Origin: Lama guanicoe
Lineage: Eukaryota
Length of the DNA stretch: 64,000 nt
NCBI GenBank assembly: GCA_013239625.1
Contig: MU054323.1
Coordinates: 6,995,220 to 7,059,219 of the forward strand
Direction of reading: 5' to 3'
Made by a program: the position numbers and the translations under genes. Of the stretch, positions 26,501 through 37,470 are shown piece by piece; position 1 is the first letter of the stretch; every line of letters begins with the position of its first letter. Below the pieces are notes generated by a model that saw nothing but the letters and a program-made list of their open reading frames with translations, was not told the origin of the DNA and did not search any database.

Positions 26501-27271
26501 TGCCCTCTGGGGGGTGTGAACAACGTAGTGTGACCTGCAGGCACTTCTGTCTGGGGCTCTGATTCCTGACTTCTAGGTGACCATGCTCCCTACAACTACC
26601 AGCACCCATTTCCACGGCCAAGAAAAGGCCTCCACCCAGGGTGTACTCAGAACCTGCTGCAGCCGCCGCCTTTGCTCTCTCAGGACTGGCTTGTCCCTCC
26701 CCCTGGTGGTTGGAGGAGGGGAACAGAGCAAATAAAAGGGCTGCTCAGCTCAGAACTGTTATCACCTCTTTTCACTTTCAGGGGACTGCCAAAAGTTCAT
26801 TAATTACAGACTGATGCTTAAAATACCCCCTAAGGAACTCACTGTAAAAGGAGGAACCTGCTTGTGAGATCACGCCACACCTTCAGGGATTCTGATATTG
26901 TCTCTTCCATTTTTGTTTTCTTCTCTGATGATGAATTTAAAAAAAAAAAAGAAAGAAAGAAAACTAAAGAAAAAGTAAGAGTCCTCCTTCCAGAAACCTC
27001 ACAGACATTCCTGAGCGAAGTGCCTAAGGGATGCTACACTGATGGAGCTTACAAACGCATGGGAAAAAAATCCCAGGTCGTCCTCTTCACTTCGTCTCTC
27101 TGCAAAATGTCTATGACATGGTAACAGGCACCTGAATTACTGATTTACAAATGACAGCACGTGAGTGAAAAGAGCAGTCACATGTTGTCAGGGAAAACCC
27201 ATGTTGGCTACTTTACCTCTAGGGAAAGTCTGTTTGGACTCGAGGCCCACACTTGTCTTTTTTTCTACTTT
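23535..27271 (-). other. DNAJC27: Probable long 3' UTR of DNAJC27
   Basis: Largely repeat-poor sequence after the stop codon. Minus-strand poly(A) signals: AATAAA at 25621-25616 and 24803-24798, and variant AGTAAA at 23560-23555. The distal end is inferred. Confidence 0.5.
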
Positions 27272-27404
27272 CTACTTGATGTTTTTCAGGAGGGCTGTTC
27301 GGGCATTCACAACGGCTTTGAAGGCATCTTCACTCCCGGGTGCCACACACTTGTCAGGGTGAAGCAGCACAGCAAGCTTCCGATATGCCTTATTGACTTC
27401 GTCC
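27272..27404 (-). CDS. DNAJC27: DNAJC27 coding exon 7 (last)
   Basis: CCGTAG|G GAC...; 133 nt; DEVNKAYRKLAVLLHPDKCVAPGSEDAFKAVVNARTALLKNIK*, with the J-domain HPD motif. The seven exons sum to 822 nt (273 aa plus stop), in frame. Confidence 0.96.
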
Positions 27405-29240
27405 CTACGGAAACAAGCAAAGCTCTGTGTCAGTAACGGGGTCCGCCCCCACCCTCCATCCACTGCATTTTAGATGTCTGGATGACATCTCTTGCAGTAA
27501 GTGTATCCCCAATAATTGTCACCCTTTCTCAAAGGTGGGACTAAAGGACCAGGAAGCAAACAATGAACAACTAATATGTAACATACAAGTAGAAAAATAT
27601 ATAATGCAAAGTGAGTATACAAACATGAAGAAAGCACTTGGTAAAAACGTGATCAGATGAAAACAGACAGTACTTGGCATCTAACAGGCACTCAGAGAAG
27701 CTCTGCTGACTGAAGCAATGGGGACGGGGGCCATCAGGGCAGGCCCCCTGGAGGAGGAGGCTTCTGGAAGAAGGTGGGGTTCGGGGATTAACATGATGGT
27801 GGGGAAATACACAGCAGCAGGGATAGAACTGGTAGAGGCTGGGAGGGAACACAGACAGGGCATGTAGCTCCACAAGGAAAGGCACTGGGAAGTAACAAGA
27901 AACAAAGCTGGGAGCAGGGCTCAGTGAGTGAGGGCCTTGAAGGCAAAACAACAAAAAAAGTTAGATTTGATAAACAATAACAATAGTGGGTGTTTCATGA
28001 CAAAATGGTACTAGGAAAGCTGTTTTTTGAAGTTAGGAGACAGGTAGGAGGTTGTTACACTAACCCAAGCATGAGTACAAGAGTTCAGACTAAGGTATTT
28101 GTGGAAGCAAGCAAGGGAAGACAAGGAGATATCAAGAAAGAACTGGCAGAAACAGATGATGAGCTGGATACACAGGTGGAGAAGATACAAGAAAAGGGGC
28201 TAAAATGAGTCCCAGGGTCCCAGCGAATCTGAGGCCCCAGGGAAGATGGTGACACCACTGACCAAGAAAGGGACACAGGAAAGGAGCACCTCAGAGTTCC
28301 AGGGAGCTCCCTGAGACCAAAGACGAAACAAGAGAGAAACTGACATTCTTTAAAGAGGAAAGGAGCAGTACAAGAGTGTTTCTCCAGAGACCAGCGAGCT
28401 CCAGGAAAGATCTTTAGGCCCCTGAGCTCCTCAAAGAGCAGGGACCATTGTTGGGGGGGTGGAGACCACCTGTCCCTATAACCCTCCCAGCAATTCATAT
28501 CCTCAGGTATCCAGCCTCAGAGAGAATTCTAAGTAACCAGCCAGCCCCAGTCAGGGTCGGGCTCTGTCTCTACCAGATGGTTCTATTTCCCACCTTCCTT
28601 TTGTAATTCAAAGTTCCAGTTAATCTTGTAAGCTTGGATTTGGTGCTTCCCAATGTCCAACCTTTTCTCCTTTATTTTTTATCAGAAGGATTTCCAGTTT
28701 GGCTTTACAAATTAGGGAGATAGTCTTTGACATCTTGGAAGATAGTCTTTGACAATGGATGTGAAAGAAAGTCTTACGTGTCAACTTGGGGAGTCACAGG
28801 GGAATGTTCACACCTGTCCATGTCTTGGGCATACCTTCATTCTAAGGCTTTTTCTGCTTTCTGCTTTTAGAGCAGTATTTCTGAATTTTCTTGGGTTAAT
28901 CTTGTATGTAGCTTTCCCACACAGATAACTGTGATATTAGCTAACAAGAATCACATTCTGCCGACAGCCTCCCTCTTCCTCGTGAGACTTGGGTGAGGCC
29001 CCTCCAGCCACTCTGCTTCCTGAGGGGAAATGTCCACATGGCGTTAGTGGTTAGACCTGGTCCTCTGCGCTGAGTCCCTTTCAGGAATTCTAGCTAACAG
29101 AAGACACTTTCAAGGAAATTTCTGGAGAAATAAGACTGAGTCAGGTGTGTAAAAAATATCTTAGTTCTTCTGAAGACGAAGAGTTTCTTAAAGTTCAAGA
29201 AGAGCAAACACTGAACTGAACAAACATTGAAACTCTTAGT

Positions 29241-29390
29241 GGGGAAGGCATATAGTTCACTGGTAAGAGTATGTGCTTAGCATGCATGAGGTCCTTGGTT
29301 CAATCCCCAGTACCTCCATTAAAAATAAATAAACAAATAAATAAACCTAATTACCTCTCCCCTCCCAAGAAAAGAAAGAAACAAACAAAA
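29241..29390 (+). mobile_element. tRNA-derived SINE (camelid Vic-1-like)
   Basis: GGGGAAGG..TATAGTTCACTGGTAAGAG (A box) ... GCTTAGCATGCATGAGGTCCTTGGTTCAATCCCCAGTACCTCCA (B box), then an A-rich tail. Confidence 0.8.
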
Positions 29391-30082
29391 AGCCTTTCTA
29401 TAACTTAAAAAAAATTTTTTTTTAGGTTTTGCCCAAATGTGCTTAATGTCATACAAAATTAGCTTGATAGACCCAGGGGAATAAAGGTAAGCAAAGTACA
29501 TGTTTATATTGGTTAAGGGTATGAAAATTATGGGTGTCCTGCAAATTTTGGTAGATTCCAATTAACCACAGTGAATAAATATGGAACCAAAGCTTTCTTT
29601 TTCCCTAATAAACATTGTTCTAAGTTAATAAGTAATAGTTCACTAGTTTTAGAGCCAATATCTCTTGGAGATTAAGTGGAAGTATTTAGAATGAGACTAT
29701 GGAAGTCTAAAAGGACATTTAAAAGACATCAGTTAACTTTGTGCTATATACATGAGGTCATCTGCATTCCTTCAGATATTTGAAGCATCCTCAGTAATGC
29801 CTGGCAAGTCAAGGCTGACCAACAACTGTCTTCCTCTTTCCCCCACCTCTTTCCTTCTGGACTTGAACATGTGCTATGAAACCAAAATGGAGAAGAGGTA
29901 TGTAATGCTGCTGATGTTGACAAGGCAATTTCAAGACGTACTGTTTTCTTCCGTGGGAATCAAGGTGAAAAAGTAGAAAGTGACAAGCATGGAGAGAAAA
30001 GCAGTAGTATAAAACAAAAAGATCTGAGAACTTTAATAACATGCACAGTAACAGCAGTATTAGAGCATTAAAAGTTACATAA

Positions 30083-30303
30083 TGATCAAAAGTTATGAGA
30101 GTAGACTCCAAGAGTTCTAATCACAAGGAAAAAAACATGTTTTTGTTTTCTTTTCTTTTGTATCTATATGAGATGATGGATGTTAACTAAACTTACTGTG
30201 GTAATTGTTTCACAATATATGTTAAGTCAAATTCATTATGCTGTACACCTTAAATTTACACAGTCCTGGTATGTATGTCAATTATATTTCAATAAAACTG
30301 AAA
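30083..30303 (+). mobile_element. L1 3' end fragment (L1MA9-like)
   Basis: GATGGATGTTAACTAAACTTACTGTGGTAAT...TCAATTATATTTCAATAAAACTG; possible TSD AAAAGTTACATAA (30070) / AAAAGTTATATAA (30304). Confidence 0.75.
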
Positions 30304-30965
30304 AAAAGTTATATAACCATACCGAATGATTTATTCTTGCACAAGCAACAAAGAATAGTGATTGTATTTCTTTTTCTCCTAAATAATTCTTTTGGCTAAA
30401 ATGAAGTAATTTAACATACATACACACAGACAAGGGACTAGCAGGATTTTTGACAGAGGCAGAGGCGAGCAGACACACAGTTTTCAGGGTCAAGAATCAA
30501 TTCTACAACTAACTCCTGGGGTCCCTGAATGTGTGTTTACTCTCACTGAGTTCCAACTTTCCCCTCTATGAAATGAAACTTTTGGACCAGTAGATTGCTA
30601 ATATTCTTTCATTCTCTGAAAGTCTATGATTTAAGAATTCTATTTGTAAGTGTTTTTTTAAGGTTACATTACCTTCAAAGCTCTTATTCAACAAAAGCAG
30701 AGCATACCATTTCAGAAAGTATGTGCGTGTGTACACACACACACACACATATACACACTACATAGTTCCCATATCAGGCAACTGTGCCCTCTATTTTCTT
30801 TCTTTGGTATTCACTTAATTCAGTGACAGAGCATTAGAAAGTCATGTCATACATTTCCACACATCTTCATATGCCTAGCCAATTACAAGATGATATTGCA
30901 CTGTAATTCTGACGGCTGAGTCTCTCTGCGACAGAACAGGACTGATGTCTGAGAACACTGCTTAC

Positions 30966-31126
30966 CTTGAGGCCCCAGGTTTGACTCCCAACATGTCCCA
31001 ACTATCTTTACTATTTCGAATTCTGCGAATGGTGTCTGCTTGTTCTTTGGTGAAACTAGCACTGCTATTTGTGATGGGACGTTTCCCGCCATTTTCACAT
31101 AAATCAACTATGGATACATAAAAGGT
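30966..31126 (-). CDS. DNAJC27: DNAJC27 coding exon 6
   Basis: TTGCAG|ACC...TCAAG|GTAAG; 161 nt; TFYVSIVDLCENGGKRPITNSSASFTKEQADTIRRIRNSKDSWDMLGVKPGAS(R), start of the J domain. Confidence 0.95.
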
Positions 31127-32185
31127 CTGCAAAAAGAAAACACACTCCAGAAGAGAACTGATTTTGTGAAGAGAGAAATTTCTTTTAAGCATCAACTTAA
31201 AGAGTTTTAATACGTTCCAGTAACTCAATATTCACAATAAAGCAAGTATGTACTTTGGAAGATTTTTTCCTTTATACTATATATATGCATATATATTTAA
31301 GCACACAAAAAGTATAAGGAATAAAATTTAAATGGCTCATAATCTTACTCTCAGATAATCACACTTGAAATTAACAATTAGTACACGAATATTGTTAGAA
31401 AAATTCAAACAGTAAGGAAAAGTGTAAAACGAAAACCGTCTCCCTACCCTCAAGCTCCTCTCCTCGGGGTAACCACTGTTAATATTTTTTGAGTATCCTT
31501 CCAGAACCATTCCATCAGCACACCAGTATTTACACACATCCAAACACTAAACATTTACATAAAAGAGGGCTGTTTATTGAGACAACACTGTGAACTGACT
31601 AACTTCAATAAAAAATATATATACACAGAAGAAAAGAGGGCTGCGTAGCGCCTTGCGTTTTTTTCACTTAATAATAAATCCTGAAATCTTTCTCTCGCAG
31701 CATACACTTTCTTCCTCCTTTTTGACGACTGTTCAGTATTCTACTGTGTGACTGTACCATAATTTATGTAACCAACTCCCTATTCTTGGACTGGTCAATT
31801 GTTTCTAGTGTTTTGCTACAAATAGTGCTTTAGTGAATATTTGTCTGTGTGTGTGTGTGTTTGTATATCTCTACATGCTTGTGGGGATACTGCTTTAGGA
31901 TAAATCCCTAAAACAAGGATTACTGAATGAAAGTGTATGTGCATTTTACTTTTTGATTTTGACAACTTTCATACAAAAAGGCCGCACCAGTTTATACTTC
32001 CATAGTGCCTACTCCCCACACCCTGGTCCACACTGGGCATTACCATACATCTTCACTTTTGCCAGCCTGATGTGTATTTCATAGTTTTTATCTGCATATC
32101 TTTAATTAAGCAAAATTGAGTATCTTTTCATACGTTCATCCATCTTTTCATTTTCTGTAAACTGTTCATATTCTTTTCCTATTTT

Positions 32186-32311
32186 TTAAACATTTTTTAA
32201 TTGAGTTATAGTCATTTTACAACGTTGTGTCAAATTCCAGTGTAGAGCACAATTTTTCAGTTATACATAAACATACATATATTCATTGTCACATTTTTTT
32301 TTGCTGTGAGC
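32186..32311 (-). mobile_element. Short L1 3' end nested in an older L1 remnant (~31340-32400)
   Basis: Resembles the reverse complement of the L1 tail at 50231-50468; exact 15-bp TSD TTCTTTTCCTATTTT at 32171-32185 and 32312-32326. Confidence 0.75.
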
Positions 32312-33009
32312 TTCTTTTCCTATTTTCATGTTTCTCAAAGTGCAAACTATTCTTTCATCCTGCTCATAATTCACGCTCTGTGCATTGTTACTTCTGCTGA
32401 ATAACTTCACTCGAAATACTAATTTAATACACTATGGCTGCTTTTAAACTGACTAATCTCCTCTTCCCGTCACTTCTTTTTAAATTTCTTCCTCTTTTTT
32501 TTCCAGATAGCTCCTACTATCATTACATTTTTAATCTTTCTCTTTGACTCCTCTTTCTTATCTCCAGTAACAGTTAATCGACTTGGCAACCTAAACAAGA
32601 AGCCCGGACCCGTGAGAAGGAGTGTCACACCAGATACCAAGACAAGTATTAACTTAGTTTAAGTCTATCTTAATACTACTCTGTTCTAACAGCGTAAGAT
32701 AAAACCAAGTTCCTTCCTGACGTAAAGTGTCTATTAAGTATACAGGAAACAAAGAAAGTATTTATTAAATTTAACCAGCAGGAAAGCACTACTTCTAAGT
32801 AAAGCAATCTAAAAGGGATCACAGTGCACAAATGTTTGCTTTTACTACGTATCAGTAAGATTTTCTTCCAGTTTATAAGTCAGACTAAAATATAAACACT
32901 CACAGATTTCTGAGGGCACAAGCATTTATTCATAACACATAATGTTACAGACCAGCTGTGGTGTGATATAGAGAATACTAGAATTAAAGTCAAAAGTCTG
33001 TTTAAATTC

Positions 33010-34550
33010 CTTGTCTAAGTTCCAGCCATGTTGGAGTAATGGGTACTGGACTGGACCTCCTGCCATAAACTACCATAAAAGTGGACCAACAGATGAGGCA
33101 ACTATTTTCAGGAGGTGGCCAAATAGCATGTGCAAGACTGTTCCTGGGTTTCTACCTGGAGTTCACTTCCTGACCATGTCAGAGAGCTGGAGTCTGAGCA
33201 GACACAAAATCCCACCGAGCTAAGAAGGCAGAGACCAGAGCTTGAGGATGCTGAAGTGGCTTGAATCTGCAGAGCAGGGCATTGGATAGGAGGGAGGTGT
33301 ACAGAGTTGGGCCCCAGAAGTCCATGTGGGGTCCCTAACAGTTTGTAGCTGAGAGCTAGGCTATATATACATATGGTGAGATCACCTGAGGCTTACCAGA
33401 TAACAGCTACTAAGGGGCTGAGAAGAGAACTAACTACTGGTGCTAGGGAAAGAGCTGTCCTGAGGACGCTAGAGTTTGGCCTTGCCAGAGTAGAGAGATT
33501 GCCTTAAAGCCTTATTAATACCTCTAGCATTTAGCTGAGACACCACAGAAAAGCTATGTCTTAGGAGTTAGACTCATCCTAACAAAACCTAAAACCAAGA
33601 ACTGACAAGATCTGCAAGACGAACAGAATTTGGAGGCTAGGTCCTGACAAATCAGAAGTGCTTGGGAAACGCTTTGGTCTTCCTTCAGGTCCTTGCTAAT
33701 AAAGCAAAAAGTCAAGACCACACAAGTTCAGTGTAATCTGCCAATAACTGAACTGCTTGCTGAAATAAGAATCAACATTCTTCTGAGGAAAATAAACAAA
33801 TCTAGAGTCTCTACAATGTATTATCTACAATATTTGGTATCAAATAAAAAATTACTACTCATACAAAGAAACAAGAGAATGTCAGGGAAAAAAGTGGTCA
33901 ATAGAAACTGAACCCAAGATCATTCAGATATTGGACAAAGACTTTCAAGCAGCTATTATAACTATTTCAAAGAGATAAAGAAAAAATACGTTCAAAATGA
34001 GTAAACAGATAATCTCAGCAGAAAACTGGAAACTACACAAAAGCATCAAATGCAAATTCTAGACCTGAAAAGAAATGAATTGAAAACTTCACTTGGTAGA
34101 TTTAACAGCAGACTGAAGTCAGATCATTAAAGACAATGCAACCTGAAAAACAGAGAAAAAAATGGAAGCAAAATAGACAACCTCAAGGGCTGTGGGATGA
34201 AATCAAATGGTCTAATATATATGTAATTGGAGCCCCAGAAGGAAAAGAGAGTGAGAATAGGGCCAAGAAAAGTATTGTAAGAAATACATATTTTTAAAAA
34301 CTTCCCAAATTTAATGAAAAACATTTGCCTACCAATCCAGAAATCAACAAACCCCAAGTATGATAAATATAAAAGAAGCACACCTAGGCACCCAGCACAA
34401 CTGCTGAAACCAAAGATAAGGAGAAACTCTGTGGAGGAAAAGAATGGACACGTTATACGTAAAGGAATGAGTAAGAACAGGTGCTAACATCTCATGAGAC
34501 ACAACAGAGACCAGGAGAGAACGGGCCGTATCTTTAAAGTGCTGAAAGAA
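33010..34550 (+). mobile_element. Old L1 5' region and degenerate ORF1
   Basis: A-rich, with ORF1-like segments (GTAATTGGAGCCCCAGAAGG; AAAACTTCCCAAATTTAATGAAAAACAT; ATCTTTAAAGTGCTGAAAGAA); no intact frame. Confidence 0.7.
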
Positions 34551-35478
34551 GTTTAATTTCTAACAGTTACTTATACCTCTTGGACAAATCGCTACTATTC
34601 TTAGGTGTCCTTGTATCTGAAATGAGAATGATATCTGCCACACATTGTTAAGTATCAAATGAGATGAAACAGGTAAACTTCTCCAGAATTGTGAAGTATT
34701 GTTCAAATGGTTAAGTATCATTATTATACATAAGTAGGTACAAACTCACATAGGTCTATATACTCAAAAGGATAGAAAAGTGGCAAAATAACATCAACCT
34801 TATTTGGTCTTGAAATAAAAACTACTGATGCCCAATTCAGCCTGTCAGCCAAGGATGAAACCTGTCTTCTAGTAGGAGGGGTGAGATCTTGAGAGAAGAA
34901 AATTCAGCATAAAAGATTAAATAAAATCCCACTTGATAATTAAGAACAACTCTTTTTAGTATAGCTACATTATTTGAAATGCTAAAAATTCCCAAAATAT
35001 CAGATATATTCATAAGAAAAAAATGCATTATTCATGCTACCACTTAACTTCCAAATGTATCTATAATTAAGAGTTGACTATAATTTGCTGTTTAAGTAGC
35101 CTCATCCCCTTAAAATTATTCAAGATAAGTAAGTCCTAAAAAGTGGCCATCTATTCAGGTTGCAATGTGAGTCCATCCTTCTATTAATTACTTACTTGAC
35201 TAGTGAGACCTAACTTTTAGCATGACTGGCTGGCTGCAATGACAGCCTCCTGGTCTCTAAATGCACCCCCATGGGCTATGACATAGGATTATATTAGCTA
35301 TGGCAAGGCAATTTTGCCAAAGCATGGCTTTCATTTGACAATGTATAAAAATGTAACCAAAAGTAGTTTTAAGGAAAATCTTTGTCCAATTTAAGTAGGT
35401 ATATAATATGTGTTGTTAAACTTGATGATTATCAGAATCACCTATAGAGATTTTTCAAGAATATTCCCAGGTAATTCT

Positions 35479-35568
35479 TTTTTTTTTTTTTTTAATGGCA
35501 GTACTGGTGATTGAACCCAGGGGACTTGTGCATGCTAAGCATGTGCTCTATACCCACCCCCAACCCTC
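35479..35568 (-). mobile_element. tRNA-derived SINE of the same family, inserted in a MER5-like remnant
   Basis: Poly-T followed by the reverse-complement B box (TTGAACCCAG) and CATGCTAAGC; exact 13-bp TSD CCCAGGTAATTCT at 35466-35478 and 35569-35581. Confidence 0.85.
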
Positions 35569-35806
35569 CCCAGGTAATTCTGATGAGCAGCCAGGTCAGG
35601 TCTAAAATAGCAGACAAATAAAACACAACATACACACTCATTCTCTCTCTCTTTCTCCCATTCTCTCTTTCTTACCAGCTTCTGAGAAGAAGAAAGAGTT
35701 CATTCTAATGAGAAATTCCTATTTTTTGCTTCTCGTAATTTAAACTAAAATTTGGTATGGTCAGCCTTGATAACGAACTCTTTAAGACAATAAAAAGCCA
35801 GGTTAC

Positions 35807-35929
35807 CTGGAACATCTCATTGATTCCTTCTCCAGTTTGAGCAGAAGTTTCAAAGTACAGGAATCCTCTGCTTTCAGCCCAAAGACGCCCTTCACTTTCA
35901 TCCACACAGCGGTGCTTGGTACAGTCAAT
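35807..35929 (-). CDS. DNAJC27: DNAJC27 coding exon 5
   Basis: TTTCAG|ATT...TTCCAG|GTAACC; 123 nt; IDCTKHRCVDESEGRLWAESRGFLYFETSAQTGEGINEMFQ (completes G4 NKID; G5 ETSA). Confidence 0.95.
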
Positions 35930-36557
35930 CTGAAATAGAAAGCTGGGGTTGAGGGGAGGGAGGATTCCAACCTTGTCCCACTAGAATAGGCCCAGTGAGG
36001 TCCCTGTCAATCCTCTGCTGAGGCAAAAACTATCCTTAAGTGAACCCCAGCACTAGTATATAAAATGGCCAGGATCAAGAAAGATTAAAAAATTGCTAAT
36101 ATTGAATGTGGACTGATTTTCTGTGGCAAAACAACAAGGGCCTGCTAGCAGCATTTTCCCCTCGAGAAAACTGCTGCCACTCAGCTCTGTGAAAGTTGGG
36201 TTCACGACGTTTGCCACGCTCGAGGGCCACGGTCTGCTTTTCATACTTTCCCATGATCCACACTTCACCTAACTGCTTCCTCTCCTCCAACCAGGTCAGA
36301 GTATGATTATTAGAATCACCCTCCTGCTCAGTCACCAATATGCATCCCCAAGTACGGCACCCAAAAAAAAAAAGAAGGATAAAAATACTGTCACACCAGG
36401 TTTTGTTTTTCATCTGTTTTTGTTTTAGGGACATATGTTTTGAAAAGCTGTTGATTCCTATATACTACAGATTACAGAATTTTTTTTCTTTTTATTTGTT
36501 CTCCAAAACTCAGAGCTGCACTCTTTCCACAAGGAACCTAGAAAGTTGAGCAATTAC

Positions 36558-36722
36558 CTTGTTGGCACACACCGCAAATACAATATTTTCCATGTTTCCA
36601 TGAGGTCCAAGATCTTGCTTCATTTCTGCCAGCCATGCATCAAGGGCTTCAAAGGAATCTTTCTGCCCAACATCATAGACCAGTATCACACCCTGCGTGT
36701 CCTTGTAAAACTCATTACGAAC
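36558..36722 (-). CDS. DNAJC27: DNAJC27 coding exon 4
   Basis: AAG|GTT...AACAAG|GTAATT; 165 nt; VRNEFYKDTQGVILVYDVGQKDSFEALDAWLAEMKQDLGPHGNMENIVFAVCANK. Confidence 0.95.
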
Positions 36723-37244
36723 CTTTACATAAAAGAACAGATGCACAAAATGTAAGTTCTGCGATTTTATAGAAGTATGTATCACAGCCATTAACTTAGC
36801 AAAGTGTGCTCTTTTGTGTATTTGTAGTGTTTACTATTGTATCTCTATACGAACTACTAGTCTTTAGAGGGCTTTTTTTAAAAATAAAATCAAAGTAACA
36901 TGATAAAAAAAAGTCTATTAGTATAGAAGGACTTGTAATGCAAGTTACAGCCTCCTGCCCCACCCCTCCTCACCTCCAGTTCTACTCACTAGAACAATCA
37001 ATCTTTAATTGTTTTAGTAGGTCTTAAAAGAGCACAAATTATCTAAAGTTCTTCTTAGGAAGAACTAGGAAGGTGAGTGAACAACTAAAAAGAACTTAAG
37101 GCAAAAATGACACAAGTATCAGCAAGAAGTACAGCCATCTATAGATCACAACCCAAAGCTGGCTTCCCCCAGGACACTAGGTAGAACTTCCCTATGACTC
37201 TTGGGTCTCCACACCATCTTGAGAACTCCAAGCTCTGAGGGTCC

Positions 37245-37470
37245 GTGTGATGTAGTGGAAAAGAGGATAGGCTCTGGAGTCACATCTGGGTTCACACTTA
37301 CTTACTAGTTGTGTGATCTTGGGCAAGTCACTTAACCTCTCTGCATCTCAGTTTCCTCATCTGTAAAATGGGGATAATACTACTTACTTCACAGGATTAT
37401 TATCAGGATCAAATGAGATAATGAAGGCAGAACACCAAAATGGTGCCTGGAAAACAATATGTATTAGCAC
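37245..37470 (+). mobile_element. MIR SINE (further MIR remnants near 990-1050, 3390-3510, 10625-10730, 13310-13430, 20640-20760 and 39150-39300)
   Basis: MIR core TGTGATCTTGGGCAAGTCACTTAACCTCTCTG..TCAGTTTCCTCATCTGTAAAATGGGGATAATA. Confidence 0.85.

Noticed and set aside
29241..29320. tRNA-like sequence (also at 50678 and 35479)
   Set aside because: Degenerate stems, A-rich tails and TSDs identify them as SINEs, not tRNA genes
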